Positions 38,947-49,320 of a stretch of 64,000 nucleotides of DNA are shown here, piece after piece. A program made the translations under genes and the position numbers. Each line of letters starts with the position of its first letter. The first letter of the stretch is position 1. The notes under the pieces are model-generated. The model searched no databases. It was not told where the DNA came from and was given only the letters and a program-made list of their open reading frames with translations. The stretch comes from Candidatus Coneutiohabitans thermophilus (GTDB lineage Bacteria > Zhuqueibacterota > Zhuqueibacteria > Zhuqueibacterales > Zhuqueibacteraceae): positions 14,742 through 78,741 of the forward strand of contig JAPDQY010000002.1 in the NCBI GenBank assembly GCA_034505235.1, written 5' to 3'.

Positions 38947-39819
38947 CTTGTTTTTTCGGCCAAATTATCCGTGGCGAAATGGTTTGTTCTGCCGATGTGG
39001 CATCAGACACTGACCGCGCTGACGGATTGTCCAGTAGTGCCGATGCAATTCTGACGTGCATATGAAACGTTGGCAGCTGTTGCGAAGCACCGCCGGTGAG
39101 AGCAGAATCGCGCGGCCATCTGGCTTGCGCCGATGCCTGCACAGCAATATCCCGAAAATACCGTAGCGCATACTGTCCGCCCAATGTCACGACCTGAATT
39201 TTGCACCCAGATTGATCCCATCAGCGGGGAACGCCGATTTGATCGCGAAGACCAACCACCCAAGTGTTGGGGCACAAAAAATTTTGCAGGCAAAGGTGCG
39301 GTCCACTCCTGTAGGAGTGCACTTCCCACACGCCATTTATTCCAGGCAACCGCAAGCCGGCATGCAAAATGCAAACGGCAAAAAAGTACTTTTGTAGTAG
39401 ACCCTTCAAGGTCAGCACCACGACAGTTCATCTTCATCCCGATGGCTGGCCATACGCCATACGGGCTGGGCAGATTACCCTGAAAAACACTGGCATGGCC
39501 GCGACGTTTTTGGATGAACGCAGGTACAAAAATCAGATCCACCCGGGTTCAAAAATTTTGGTTGCAGCTTGCGGGCCGCCTCATAACAGGTGAGAAACGG
39601 TTTGGCTTCCGAAGCCTGGAAAAATGGTGTCCGCGCCCGACGTTTTGGAAGCCTCGACCCGGCCGGGCCGGAAACGTTTTCGGACAAACACGAATTGCCG
39701 GCCCATGGCAGGGAGCCCTGCCATGAACACGGAACATTCGGAATTGCATTCTTCGCCGGGGTTGCTTATCATCCGCCCGCGGGCAAAATCACACCCGATT
39801 TTTTGCCAGGAGATGCAAC

Positions 39820-40182
39820 ATGCCAATTCGACCTGTAGACCTGAAAAAGGCCGATGAGCAGACTTTACAAATTGACTGGGAGGACGGCGAGACCAGTTTC
39901 TATCCCATGGCATTTCTACGCCGCAGCTGTCCCTGTGCCTCCTGTGAGGAAGCCCGGCATGCAAAGCCCGCCGGCAACCTGCTCAGGGTATTGCAGCCGC
40001 ATGAGATCATTTCCGATCAAGTCACCATAACCCGCGCGGAAGTGGTGGGGCGCTATGCCCTTCATTTTGACTGGAGCGACGGGCATCACGAGGGCATTTA
40101 TACTTTCGATTATCTGCGGGCGCTGGCGCAGGAGGAAGTTTGTCGCCGGCTCAAGGAAGAGAGGGGGCCGGCGGGAGAGTAG
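39820..40182 (+). CDS. DUF971 / gamma-butyrobetaine hydroxylase N-terminal-like protein
   Basis: IDWEDG, FLRRSCPCASC, VGRYALHFDWSDGH..GIYTFDYL. Confidence 0.88.
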   Translation: MPIRPVDLKKADEQTLQIDWEDGETSFYPMAFLRRSCPCASCEEARHAKPAGNLLRVLQPHEIISDQVTITRAEVVGRYALHFDWSDGHHEGIYTFDYLRALAQEEVCRRLKEERGPAGE

Positions 40183-40205
40183 AGGCTTGCATGTCCCACA
40201 AACAC

Positions 40206-40250
40206 AAAACGCCACCGGGCTTCCACGGAAGCCCGGTGGCGTTTTGCTTT
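40206..40250. terminator. Bidirectional intrinsic terminator
   Basis: Perfect inverted repeat AAAACGCCACCGGGCTTCC-AC-GGAAGCCCGGTGGCGTTTT between convergent genes. Confidence 0.85.
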
Positions 40251-40302
40251 TGGAGGCATAATCCCAACCGCCGCGGGGGAGGCGGCAACCAGGCCGACCG
40301 GG

Positions 40303-43300
40303 CTATTTGATCAGTTGCATTCTGCCGGTGGCAATACGGTTGCCGGCTTGCAGGCGGAAGATGTAGGTTCCGCTGGAAACCGGAACGCCCGCCTGATTGC
40401 GGCCGTTCCAGCGGCGATGATGCTGGCCCGCGTTTAGCTCGTGGTTGATCAATGTCCGCACCAACTGGCCGTTCATATTGAAGATCTGCAACCGCACCAG
40501 GCCGGGCTGGTCGAGCCGGAAGCGAATCGTAGTTTCAGGATTGAACGGGTTGGGATAAACTTCCGCCGCCAGTTTGTAATCACTGATCGGCGCTTGCGCG
40601 GCTTCGGCCCACGGCGCGCCGCCCGAGCTTTTCGGAAGCGCCGCCAGCGTCAGCAAGTTGTACCACACTTCATCGCGGGTGACGTTGGACGATGTAATCA
40701 TCAAGTTCGAGGCGCTGGTGACATTGTGCGCCGGACCCGAGGAATCGAAGAAATCATCCAGGTCGCTGTAGAACACCGTGTCAACGGGCGTCGCGAGCAG
40801 GTCGTCGTAGTCGCCGAAATTGACCCGCTTCATCTCACCAGTCTGCGACGCGCCCTCCCGTGTGCCGAAGAGGTAGAGCACGTTGTTGGTAACATCGAGA
40901 GTGATGACCGGGCGGGTCCAGCCGTTGCCCTGGATGACGTCATACAGCGTCCAATTGCCGTTCGTTTCGCGATGATACAGGCCGTTTTTTAAAGTGGTGG
41001 CACCACCACCGCCTTTGGTCTTTATGACCATGAAAACCTCGTTGTTGTGGGTCGCCATGGCGATGTGGTTGTCGGCAAAAGTGCCGGAGGGTTGCTGCAA
41101 GTTGCCCGTCTCATCGGTCCACAGCGTATCGTGGTCACTTTCGCTGTGCCGCAGGAAGCCGAATACCGAGGTGCTGTTGCTGCTGTTTTCTGCGTAACCC
41201 ACACCGATGCTGTTGGCCCCGCCGTTTTGGAAGGCAACGGCATCGACCAGGCCGGTCGCCTGATTGAGATTGCGCTTGAGGGTAATTTTCGCAGTCCAGG
41301 AGGTCCCGTCGTTGGTTGACTTCTGTCCGCTCAGGGTGGAATCGGCGATCCAGAAGACCCACAAATTGCCGCCCAGGGTGCGGGTGAGCACCATGTTGCT
41401 TTCCTGCACGGAATTGACGGTCTTGGGATAACCGCTGTCGATGCTCCAATTGCCGCCGCTGAAGCTCAACCGCAGAAGCTGGGTGGTGGAGGGCCCGGGC
41501 AGCAGGATGTAGGCCTTGTTGCTGCTGCTCACCAGCACCACATCGGGCCGGGCCTTTTGCGCCGAGCTGATCTGGATGCTTTGCGTCCATGTGAAACCGT
41601 CGAATTTCCACAAATACCATCTGCTGTCGGTTTTCGACTCCGCCGCGAGCCACCAATAGCCGCCATGATGAAACACTTTACTTTGATTGGCGTTGTCGAA
41701 CTTGCTGTTGGTGCCGGGTACGGGTGCACCAAACAGATTGCTCGGTTCGATGTCATAGGGCTGGGAGGCAACCTGTGTGGTTTCAACACTGGTGTAGACG
41801 AACAGCGTGTAGCTGCCATTGACCGCGGGATTGCGCACCGCCGTTTCGGGCAAATACAGAGTGATCGAGTCGTTGTTGGCCGTCTCGACCGTGGCGGGGA
41901 CCTGAATCTGAATGGTGCGTGTGGCGCTGTCCCCCGCGGCGCCGGCCGGTGTGCCATTGAGCTGGACGCCAAGCAAGTTGCCATGCGTGATTTGGGTCGC
42001 CGTGTTGAAACGCACCCGCACGGTATCCACGCCTGCCAGCATGCGGCCGTGCTTGCCAAGGCGAAAACCAATGGTATAGTTGGCAACTGAATCCGCGTCG
42101 GTCGGCAGCAGGGCCACGCGCGCGGCAGTCACGGTGGTGGTGGCGCGCACCAGATTGTAGGCCGGCGAATACACCGGCATCGGCTGTGCGCTGGTCCAGG
42201 CCTGCAGCGAATCCAAACCAAAGGCGGTTTTGTTGTAGACGCCGGCGAGGGTGTCAATCTCCACGAAAGCCGTGTCGCCACCTGGAACCGTCACCGGCGT
42301 GGTAATGGTGACTTCGCGCAGACTGGAATTGGTCCCCACCGTGCTGGCGGCCACGCCGTTGACTTTCACGTGCGCCGGAGCGATTGCGGCCGGCACGTAA
42401 GTGTTGAATGGAAACCGCAGCGATATCGTGCCGATACCGGCCGTGAGTGTGCCATTGCTGCTGTCGGTCAACACCACCGGCACTGTGTAGCTGGCTCGGG
42501 CATTCACCTCGTTTGGTTCCACTATGACGGAATCCACTGCCACCGGAACCGTCGGCGTGTTTTGCAGCAGATTGAACCACATATCGTTGGTGCTGGTGTT
42601 GCTGGCGCAGACCATCGTGCCAATCGTGCTGTTGACGAATTGGCGGGGCATGGTTGCGTGCTGCAGGGTGTTGCCAGCGGCGAAGATCAGCCGCGCGGCG
42701 GTCACACTGCTCGCCGTGTTTTCGCTGCCGATGGGCACGAGTTTGTACTCCGCAAAACTGCTGTCGGAACGAATGCCGGCCAGGATCAGGGAGTTGCTGG
42801 TGGTGTCGATCGCCAGAGTTGGCGAGGTCCAACCCGCCGCCGGGCTGAAGAAGACGGCATGGTTCGACCAGCTACCGGTGTTGCTGCGTTTGTATAGCGT
42901 GTTGCGCGGCACCCCGCTGCTGCCGCCAAAATTTCTGGTGATGAGGTAGATGTTGTTGTTCGGATCGACCGCCATGCTGATCTGATTGTTGGCGTTTTCG
43001 TTGCCCTGGTAGGTGAGCAGGTGGGTTTCATCCGTCCAGACACTGTCCGGATCACCTTCGAGATGGCGGAGGAACCCGTAGCGGCTGGTCGAGCTGGAAA
43101 CACCCTCTTCGCCATAAGCCACGCCGATGTAATGGTTGCCACTTTGTGTGAAAGCCACGGCATCGGTGGTGCCTTTATTCTGATTGAGTGACGACTTGAC
43201 GGTGATGGGGGTCGCCGACCAGGTCACCCCGCCGTCGGTCGATTTCTTGGCCTGCAGCGTGCCATTGTGGATGCGGAAAACCCACAAGTCGCCATTGGCG

Positions 43301-43767
43301 GCTGCGGTAAAACTCAGAGGATTGGCATCGTCGCTGTTGCCAAAACCGGGGATATTGACACTGAAGGCTGTATTCCACGTGCCGGCGCTGTAGATCAGGC
43401 CCCAGAATTTGACGGTATTCGTGTGGGAGCGTAATACACCGAGATGCCCGAGATTGCTGTCCAGCAGCACGTCATAGCGGTTTTTGGCGCCTTTGTCCAG
43501 CGCTTTATTGCGCGTCCACACGCCGCCGCCGTCATAGCGCCAAATGTACCAACGGTTGTTGGTGGCATCCAGTGCAATTGCCCACCATTTGCCATCGTGG
43601 TAAAACGTCTTGTTCTGGTTGGATTTGGAAGAGTTGGCGGCCGTGTTGACATGCATGACCGCGCCCGGTTGCGCAAGCACCTGCGGCCCCCACGCCAGCC
43701 CGGATAAAATCAGAGTGCCCAAGAGACTGGCACGCTTTCGCAAAAACCGTGTGACCAACGACACCAT
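40303..43767 (-). CDS. Large secreted protein A: propeller - Ig-like x2 - propeller - FlgD/Por-type CTD
   Basis: AGGAG RBS and signal peptide; duplicated domain starting NQ(N/S)K.F.H.G.WW with Asp-box-like STDGGVTW/STNDGTSW; CTD YPNPFNPETTIRF..SGTYIFRL..GRMQLIK. Confidence 0.8.
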   Translation of the reverse strand: MVSLVTRFLRKRASLLGTLILSGLAWGPQVLAQPGAVMHVNTAANSSKSNQNKTFYHDGKWWAIALDATNNRWYIWRYDGGGVWTRNKALDKGAKNRYDVLLDSNLGHLGVLRSHTNTVKFWGLIYSAGTWNTAFSVNIPGFGNSDDANPLSFTAAANGDLWVFRIHNGTLQAKKSTDGGVTWSATPITVKSSLNQNKGTTDAVAFTQSGNHYIGVAYGEEGVSSSTSRYGFLRHLEGDPDSVWTDETHLLTYQGNENANNQISMAVDPNNNIYLITRNFGGSSGVPRNTLYKRSNTGSWSNHAVFFSPAAGWTSPTLAIDTTSNSLILAGIRSDSSFAEYKLVPIGSENTASSVTAARLIFAAGNTLQHATMPRQFVNSTIGTMVCASNTSTNDMWFNLLQNTPTVPVAVDSVIVEPNEVNARASYTVPVVLTDSSNGTLTAGIGTISLRFPFNTYVPAAIAPAHVKVNGVAASTVGTNSSLREVTITTPVTVPGGDTAFVEIDTLAGVYNKTAFGLDSLQAWTSAQPMPVYSPAYNLVRATTTVTAARVALLPTDADSVANYTIGFRLGKHGRMLAGVDTVRVRFNTATQITHGNLLGVQLNGTPAGAAGDSATRTIQIQVPATVETANNDSITLYLPETAVRNPAVNGSYTLFVYTSVETTQVASQPYDIEPSNLFGAPVPGTNSKFDNANQSKVFHHGGYWWLAAESKTDSRWYLWKFDGFTWTQSIQISSAQKARPDVVLVSSSNKAYILLPGPSTTQLLRLSFSGGNWSIDSGYPKTVNSVQESNMVLTRTLGGNLWVFWIADSTLSGQKSTNDGTSWTAKITLKRNLNQATGLVDAVAFQNGGANSIGVGYAENSSNSTSVFGFLRHSESDHDTLWTDETGNLQQPSGTFADNHIAMATHNNEVFMVIKTKGGGGATTLKNGLYHRETNGNWTLYDVIQGNGWTRPVITLDVTNNVLYLFGTREGASQTGEMKRVNFGDYDDLLATPVDTVFYSDLDDFFDSSGPAHNVTSASNLMITSSNVTRDEVWYNLLTLAALPKSSGGAPWAEAAQAPISDYKLAAEVYPNPFNPETTIRFRLDQPGLVRLQIFNMNGQLVRTLINHELNAGQHHRRWNGRNQAGVPVSSGTYIFRLQAGNRIATGRMQLIK

Positions 43768-44039
43768 GTTGGGACTCCTGCTGATGGTGAAAATCCTTGG
43801 GACTCCGTCCAACTTGCAGTCCACTGCTTCATGGGCCTCGTCCGTGGAAGCTCTGAAAGGGGAGAGGAAAAGATGGGAAAGCCGCGAGTGTCCGTTCCAT
43901 GGACCCCAGGCGCACAGCAGCAATGAAGACGGACACTTCGCTACACTAAATGTGAGTTAAGAATACCCCAGCGGTCGGCAAGTGCGGAAAGTCTGCAGAA
44001 AAAGTCGGTACAACGGCTTGCATGAGTGCCCTCTCCAAC

Positions 44040-44078
44040 AAAAAAACACCACTTGTCCTGTGTGAGGACAAGTGGTGT
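44040..44078 (-). terminator. Intrinsic terminator between the two tandem paralogs
   Basis: 14-bp perfect stem ACACCACTTGTCCT / AGGACAAGTGGTGT followed by a U-run on the minus strand. Confidence 0.8.
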
Positions 44079-44167
44079 CGGGGAAGCCTTGCCATTATCT
44101 GCCCGCTTTGTGCGGGACCATCCGATGGCGGCTGTTGAAAAGTATCTTCCCTGCACCAGCAGCTTTC

Positions 44168-47100
44168 TTACTTGATGAAGTGCAACAGACCGGTTTGTGC
44201 TTGGCCATCAACGAGCAGCCGGTAGAAATACGTGCCGCTGGCCACTGGCTCGCCGAGTTGGTTGCGGCCATTCCACCTGCGTTCGTGAGTTCCTGCTGGC
44301 AGGTCGCCATTCACCAGGGTGCGTACCACCTGCCCGTTGAGGTTGAAAATCTGCAGCCGTACGCTGGCCGGGCTGGTCAACCGGAAGCGCAGGTTGGTGA
44401 CGGGATTGAAGGGATTGGGATAGGCCGTAATCACGGTTCCCGCACCGGTTGCCACGCCGCTTGCAGTTTGCCGGCTCTCCTCCGGCGCAATCCCGGGTTT
44501 GGCCAATGCGCCGTCGAGCAGGGCGATGAATTGCGACCAGGTCGCGTCGCGCGTGATGTTGCTTGCCAGCACCATCAGATCACTGGCCGAGGTCAAAGTA
44601 TGATGCGCGGCTGACAGGTCGAAGAAGTCATCACTGGAATTTTGAAAGATCGTATCGACCGGGGCCGACACCAGATCATTGTAGTGACCGAGCGCCACAT
44701 GCTTCATCTCGCCGATTTGCACGGCGCCTTCGGTCGTGCCCATCACGTACAGCTCGCCGTTGCTGGCGTCGATGGCACCAACCGGCCGCGTCCAGCCTTC
44801 GCCGATGTTGATCGCATAGCTCGACCAATCCCCATCCGTTTCACGATGCATCAGACCGTTTTTGGCGGCGGTGGCGGTGCCCCCCGCAGTTTTCACGATC
44901 ATGAAGATCTCATTGTTGTGCACCAGCATGTTGATGTGGTCATCGGCATCGGTGCCATCGAACTGTTCGAGGTTGGAAGTTTCATCCGTCCAAATCGTAT
45001 CAGGATCCGTGTCCTTGTGACGCAAAAAGCCAAAGATCGCGCTCGAGCTCCCATCCTCCGCATAGCCGAGGCCAACATAGCTGTTGCCCGCGTACGTAAA
45101 GGGAACGGCATCCGTCAAGCCATTCTGATCGTGCAGACCGCTCTTGATCACCACCGCTGATCCCCAGGTGTTGCCGTTGTCACTGGAACGGCGGCCATGG
45201 ATGGCACCGCCGCTGATGTAGAACACCCAGAGAGCGCCGTTGTTGGCGCGCACCAGATTCATGTTGGCCTGTTGCACCGCCCACACGGTCTTGGGATAGC
45301 CGCTGTCGGTTGTCCAGGTTTGGCTGCCGGGATTGTAAGTCAGCCGCGTGAGGTAGGTCGTGCTTGCCCCTGGCAGCAGGATATAAACGCGGTTATTCGG
45401 GGCGTCGAGGATGCAGTCCGGCCGGGCTTTGGAGAGATTGGTGATCAGGCGCACTGCCGTCCAGGTGGTGTCCAACCGCTGGCACAGATACCAGTTCTTG
45501 CTGCTCTTGTCCTGCAGCATCGCCCACCAATAGCCGCCATGATGGAAGATTTTGCTTTGATTTTGGCGCTCGATGTTTTTGGTGGTTGAACTGATGGGCC
45601 TGCCGATGCGAATGTCATATCCCTGCGATTGCACCAAAGTGGTTTCGACGCTGGTTGCCAAGTGCAAATAAAACGTGTCGGCGTGGGAGGGATTGGTGAT
45701 TCCAGTATACGGGATGAAAAGCGTCACCGAATCGGAGTTGTTGATGGTGACCGCTGCCGGCACGGTAATGGTTACCGTGCGATTGCTGCTGTTGCCGGAG
45801 GCCGTCGCGCTCACGGCATTCACTGTCACTCCCGTCAAACTGCCATTGGCAATTACCGTGGGCAAGGGAAATTGCACCGTGAACGTACTGGTGCCACTGA
45901 GCAGACGTCCGGCTGCGCCCACCCGAAAGGCGATGGTATAATTTGCCGCGCTGTCCGCCTCTGCAGGGAAGGGAGTGACGGTCGCGGCGGTGACGGTGGT
46001 GTTGGTGGCAAACAGGGTGTAGCTTGGCGAGGTCACGGGTGTGTGCTGCGCGCTGGTCCACGCTTCGAGGGTGTAGTTGCCCGCCAACGTCGGATTGAGC
46101 AGGCCGGTAGCGGCGGTGACCTCCACAGTGACGAGGGAAGACGGAGCGATGTTGACCGGCGTCGTAATCGCCAGTTCCCGCGTTGCGGAATTGGCCGAAG
46201 CCGTGGCCGCCGGTGTGCCATTGATCAGGATGTTGGCAGGAGAGATACTGGCCGGCACCAGTGTGTTGTCGGGGAAACGCAAATAAATTTGACCGCTACC
46301 GGCGCTCAGCGCACCACCTGCCGAGACTGTCATCTGGATGGTGTAGCCGGCATTGTAATTGACCGTGTCGGGAGAGACCGCCACCGAGTTGATGATCAGG
46401 TTGCTGGCGGCACTGATTGGCAGCAGGTTGAACCACAAATCATCGTCGGTCGTATTGTCGCCCACCACCATCAAGCCGGTGGTCGAATTCAGCAAGCCGG
46501 CCGGCACACTGATGTTGGCGAAGGCATCGGTGCCGGAAGCCAAAAGCGTATCCACCGCGGCGGTCAGCAGGGTGTTTTCCTGGCCGATGCTGCACATTTT
46601 GTACTCGACGATCGCAGAGGTGGTGTTGCGCCCGAGCAAATAAAGCACCTGATTCTCGCCATCGATCGCAATCGCGGGGGAAGTCCACAAGGGGCCGGTA
46701 CCAACATTGTTCACGGCGAACTTGCTCCACACGCCGGCGGTGTTGCGCCGATAGAGGGTGTTGCGGGGATCGCTGCTGTTGCCGCCGGCGGTGCGCACAA
46801 ACATGTAAATCTGATTTGTGCCATCAACGGCCATGCAGATGTCATTGAGCGCGACTTCGCTGCCGAAGAAAGTCAGTTGGCTGCTTTCATCCGTCCAGAG
46901 GGTGTCGGCATCACCGTCGCGATGATAGAGGAAGCCATAAGCGCTGTTTGCCGCATTCTTCTCGGCATAACCGACACCTACGTAATTTTGGCCGCCGAGC
47001 GTGAAGGCCACGGCATCGGTTGTGCCTGTGGAAACATTCAGGCCGGTTTTGATGGTAATGGCGGGACTCCAGGTCGTGCCCATATTGCTGGAGTAAGTCG

Positions 47101-47614
47101 CCTGCAAGTTGCTGCTGCCATCGACACGAAACAGCCACAGGGTTCCGTTCCTGGCCAGCACCATGCTCACCGGGTTGGATTTGTCGGGATGCACGAAATA
47201 CTGAAGCGTCGACTTTTCCAGTTCCTTCGACCAGAGGCCACCGGCGTAGCCATACCGCCGAAAGCGCGGTTTGGTATGATGCGAGGCAAAGGTGTAAAGC
47301 TTGTCATTCACCGTGTCCAGGACCGCGTCGATGTAATAACTGGTGCTGGCTTCCTGTTTGTTGGTCCTCGTCCAAACACTGCCATCGTACTTCCAGATAT
47401 ACCACTTGGCCTGCGCTTCATGATAGCCCAAAGTCCACCACATGCCATCATAGAAAAACACTTTGCTTTGATTGGACTTACGAAACTCGGCGGTGGTGGA
47501 GACGGCGAGCGGCGAACCCGGCTGGGCGAAGAGAGGGGCGGCACATACGAGAAAGCTCACGATCCATACAAATAGCACTCCCCATAACCGCGAGCACTTT
47601 GATGTCGATAGCAT
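44168..47614 (-). CDS. Large secreted protein B, paralog of 40303-43767
   Basis: Same architecture: NQSKVFFYDGMWW and NQSKIFHHGGYWW propellers, SSNMGTTW/SSDNGNTW, two Ig-like repeats, CTD YPNPFNPVTNL..SGTYFYRL; GGAGG RBS. Confidence 0.8.
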   Translation of the reverse strand: MLSTSKCSRLWGVLFVWIVSFLVCAAPLFAQPGSPLAVSTTAEFRKSNQSKVFFYDGMWWTLGYHEAQAKWYIWKYDGSVWTRTNKQEASTSYYIDAVLDTVNDKLYTFASHHTKPRFRRYGYAGGLWSKELEKSTLQYFVHPDKSNPVSMVLARNGTLWLFRVDGSSNLQATYSSNMGTTWSPAITIKTGLNVSTGTTDAVAFTLGGQNYVGVGYAEKNAANSAYGFLYHRDGDADTLWTDESSQLTFFGSEVALNDICMAVDGTNQIYMFVRTAGGNSSDPRNTLYRRNTAGVWSKFAVNNVGTGPLWTSPAIAIDGENQVLYLLGRNTTSAIVEYKMCSIGQENTLLTAAVDTLLASGTDAFANISVPAGLLNSTTGLMVVGDNTTDDDLWFNLLPISAASNLIINSVAVSPDTVNYNAGYTIQMTVSAGGALSAGSGQIYLRFPDNTLVPASISPANILINGTPAATASANSATRELAITTPVNIAPSSLVTVEVTAATGLLNPTLAGNYTLEAWTSAQHTPVTSPSYTLFATNTTVTAATVTPFPAEADSAANYTIAFRVGAAGRLLSGTSTFTVQFPLPTVIANGSLTGVTVNAVSATASGNSSNRTVTITVPAAVTINNSDSVTLFIPYTGITNPSHADTFYLHLATSVETTLVQSQGYDIRIGRPISSTTKNIERQNQSKIFHHGGYWWAMLQDKSSKNWYLCQRLDTTWTAVRLITNLSKARPDCILDAPNNRVYILLPGASTTYLTRLTYNPGSQTWTTDSGYPKTVWAVQQANMNLVRANNGALWVFYISGGAIHGRRSSDNGNTWGSAVVIKSGLHDQNGLTDAVPFTYAGNSYVGLGYAEDGSSSAIFGFLRHKDTDPDTIWTDETSNLEQFDGTDADDHINMLVHNNEIFMIVKTAGGTATAAKNGLMHRETDGDWSSYAINIGEGWTRPVGAIDASNGELYVMGTTEGAVQIGEMKHVALGHYNDLVSAPVDTIFQNSSDDFFDLSAAHHTLTSASDLMVLASNITRDATWSQFIALLDGALAKPGIAPEESRQTASGVATGAGTVITAYPNPFNPVTNLRFRLTSPASVRLQIFNLNGQVVRTLVNGDLPAGTHERRWNGRNQLGEPVASGTYFYRLLVDGQAQTGLLHFIK

Positions 47615-48075
47615 ATTGGATGCCTCCAAAAAAGATGAGACGAAAAATGTATAAGGAGCCTGATTTGAGTTGGTTTGCAGGTGGCAAGCGTGTGGATGGT
47701 TAAACATCAACGCGCTTGGCAGCAACCTTTTATCTCCAACCAGGTATTGGCACAAAAAGCAACCGGCTGGTTTACCCGTCAAGGTATCGTCATCCACCTC
47801 ACGGCCGGCAAGCGGGTTGTCGGTTCGTGATGCAGGCCAATAAGCAGACGAGAATGGCAAGCGCTGATTTTATCCAGGCATCCGTTTATTACACCAGAAG
47901 AGAGGGAAATGCGGAATTTCGTCGCAATTGCATGCGTCGCCGGAGGGTATCGCCAGCTTTTGCTTGCATGTTCTAGGCAATTTTGCTATGTTCGTACCCA
48001 CGCGTGACAAGACCATGCTGCTTCCCGATGATCGCAAGCAACTGCAACAACATGCCAACTCTTTTCCCCGCGAAG

Positions 48076-49302
48076 ATGACTGCCACCGCGGTGGTGATTC
48101 ACTACCATGAGATTGCCCTGAAAGGCAACAACCGGCGTTATTTCGAGAAGAAGCTGCAACGCAACATCATGCGCGCAACGGCGTCGCTGGGCATGCTCGA
48201 GGTGCGGCGTCTGCCGGGCCGCTTGCTGGGAATTCTGTCGCCGCAAGCCGATTGGCCGCAATTGCGCCAGGCTCTGCAACAGGTCTTTGGAGTGGCCTAC
48301 TTTGCGCCCACAATCAGAGTCCCGCAGGATTTGGAGGCCATCAAGCATGCGGCACGAGAGCTGTTGCAGGGCAAAACCTTTGCGAGCTTCAAAGTGGAAA
48401 CCAAACGCGCGCAAAAGGCCTTTGCCTGGACTTCGCCCCAGGTCAATGCCGCGCTCGGAGAATATTTATGCGCGCATTTTCCGGCCAAGGTGGATCTCAC
48501 ACATCCCGAAGTCACGCTGTGGGTCGAAATCGCCGATGATTATGCCCTGCTGTACTGCGAGCGGGTAGCGGGAGCCGGCGGCCTGCCGGTGGGAACCAGC
48601 GAGCGCGCAGTTTGCCTGATCTCCGGCGGCATCGATTCGCCGGTGGCGGCCTATCGCCTCATGCGACGCGGCGTGAAGTTGATCTTCGTGCATTTCCACA
48701 GCGCACCGTTCACCAGCACCGCCTCCCAGCGGCTGGTCGAGCGCCAGGTTCAGCTTCTCACCCGTTTTCAGTTCCTGTCTTCGCTGTATTTGCTCCCCTT
48801 CGCCGAGGTGCAGCGGCATCTGGTGGCGGTTTGCCCGCCGAGTCTGCGGGTCATCCTTTACCGCCGCGCAATGTTGCGCCTGGCGGAGCGTATCGCGCAA
48901 AACTATCATGCACCGGCATTGGTGACCGGCGACAATGTGGCGCAAGTGGCCAGCCAAACGCTGTCGAACCTGCATGTGATCAGTGCCGCGGTCGGGCTGC
49001 CGGTCATCCGGCCCCTGGCAGGAGAGGACAAGCAGGACATCATCGCGCAGGCGCGTCAAATCGGCACCTATGCCATCTCCATCGAACCGTATGAAGATTG
49101 TTGCTCCCTGTTTGCCGCGCCCAATCCTGAAACGCATGCCCGGCTCGAGACCGTCAGGCGATTCGAGGCAATGTTCGACCTGGAGGCGGAACTCGGCAAG
49201 GCGCTGCAACAAGCCGTGATCAAGCGTTATCGCTTCCGCCGCCAGGTGTGTGAGGAGCTGCCGGCACCACCGGCTGCGTCGGCGAATCGCGAACAACTCT
49301 GA
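48076..49302 (+). CDS. thiI: tRNA 4-thiouridine(8) synthase, without rhodanese domain
   Basis: IHYHEIALKGNNR..FE, THUMP domain, GGLPVG, PP-loop SGGIDSPVA, GDNVAQVASQTL, RPL, YEDCC. Confidence 0.93.
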   Translation: MTATAVVIHYHEIALKGNNRRYFEKKLQRNIMRATASLGMLEVRRLPGRLLGILSPQADWPQLRQALQQVFGVAYFAPTIRVPQDLEAIKHAARELLQGKTFASFKVETKRAQKAFAWTSPQVNAALGEYLCAHFPAKVDLTHPEVTLWVEIADDYALLYCERVAGAGGLPVGTSERAVCLISGGIDSPVAAYRLMRRGVKLIFVHFHSAPFTSTASQRLVERQVQLLTRFQFLSSLYLLPFAEVQRHLVAVCPPSLRVILYRRAMLRLAERIAQNYHAPALVTGDNVAQVASQTLSNLHVISAAVGLPVIRPLAGEDKQDIIAQARQIGTYAISIEPYEDCCSLFAAPNPETHARLETVRRFEAMFDLEAELGKALQQAVIKRYRFRRQVCEELPAPPAASANREQL

Positions 49303-49320
49303 TCAGCAATACCGCCGTTC

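Noticed and set aside
39300-39325. CACTCC-TGTA-GGAGTG as a CIRCE (HrcA) element for hsp20
   Set aside because: CIRCE is TTAGCACTC-N9-GAGTGCTAA; here the spacer is too short, the outer arms are missing and the site is over 400 bp from the gene.
39003-39542. 179-aa ORF in the hsp20-DUF971 intergenic region
   Set aside because: No motifs, no RBS and atypical composition; probably spurious.
47983-48075. Upstream in-frame extensions given by the ORF track (thiI, dnaE, GATase, hflK, glk, tandem proteins, PHP-ATPase)
   Set aside because: Homology motifs, signal peptides and RBS positions support the later starts used in the feature list.
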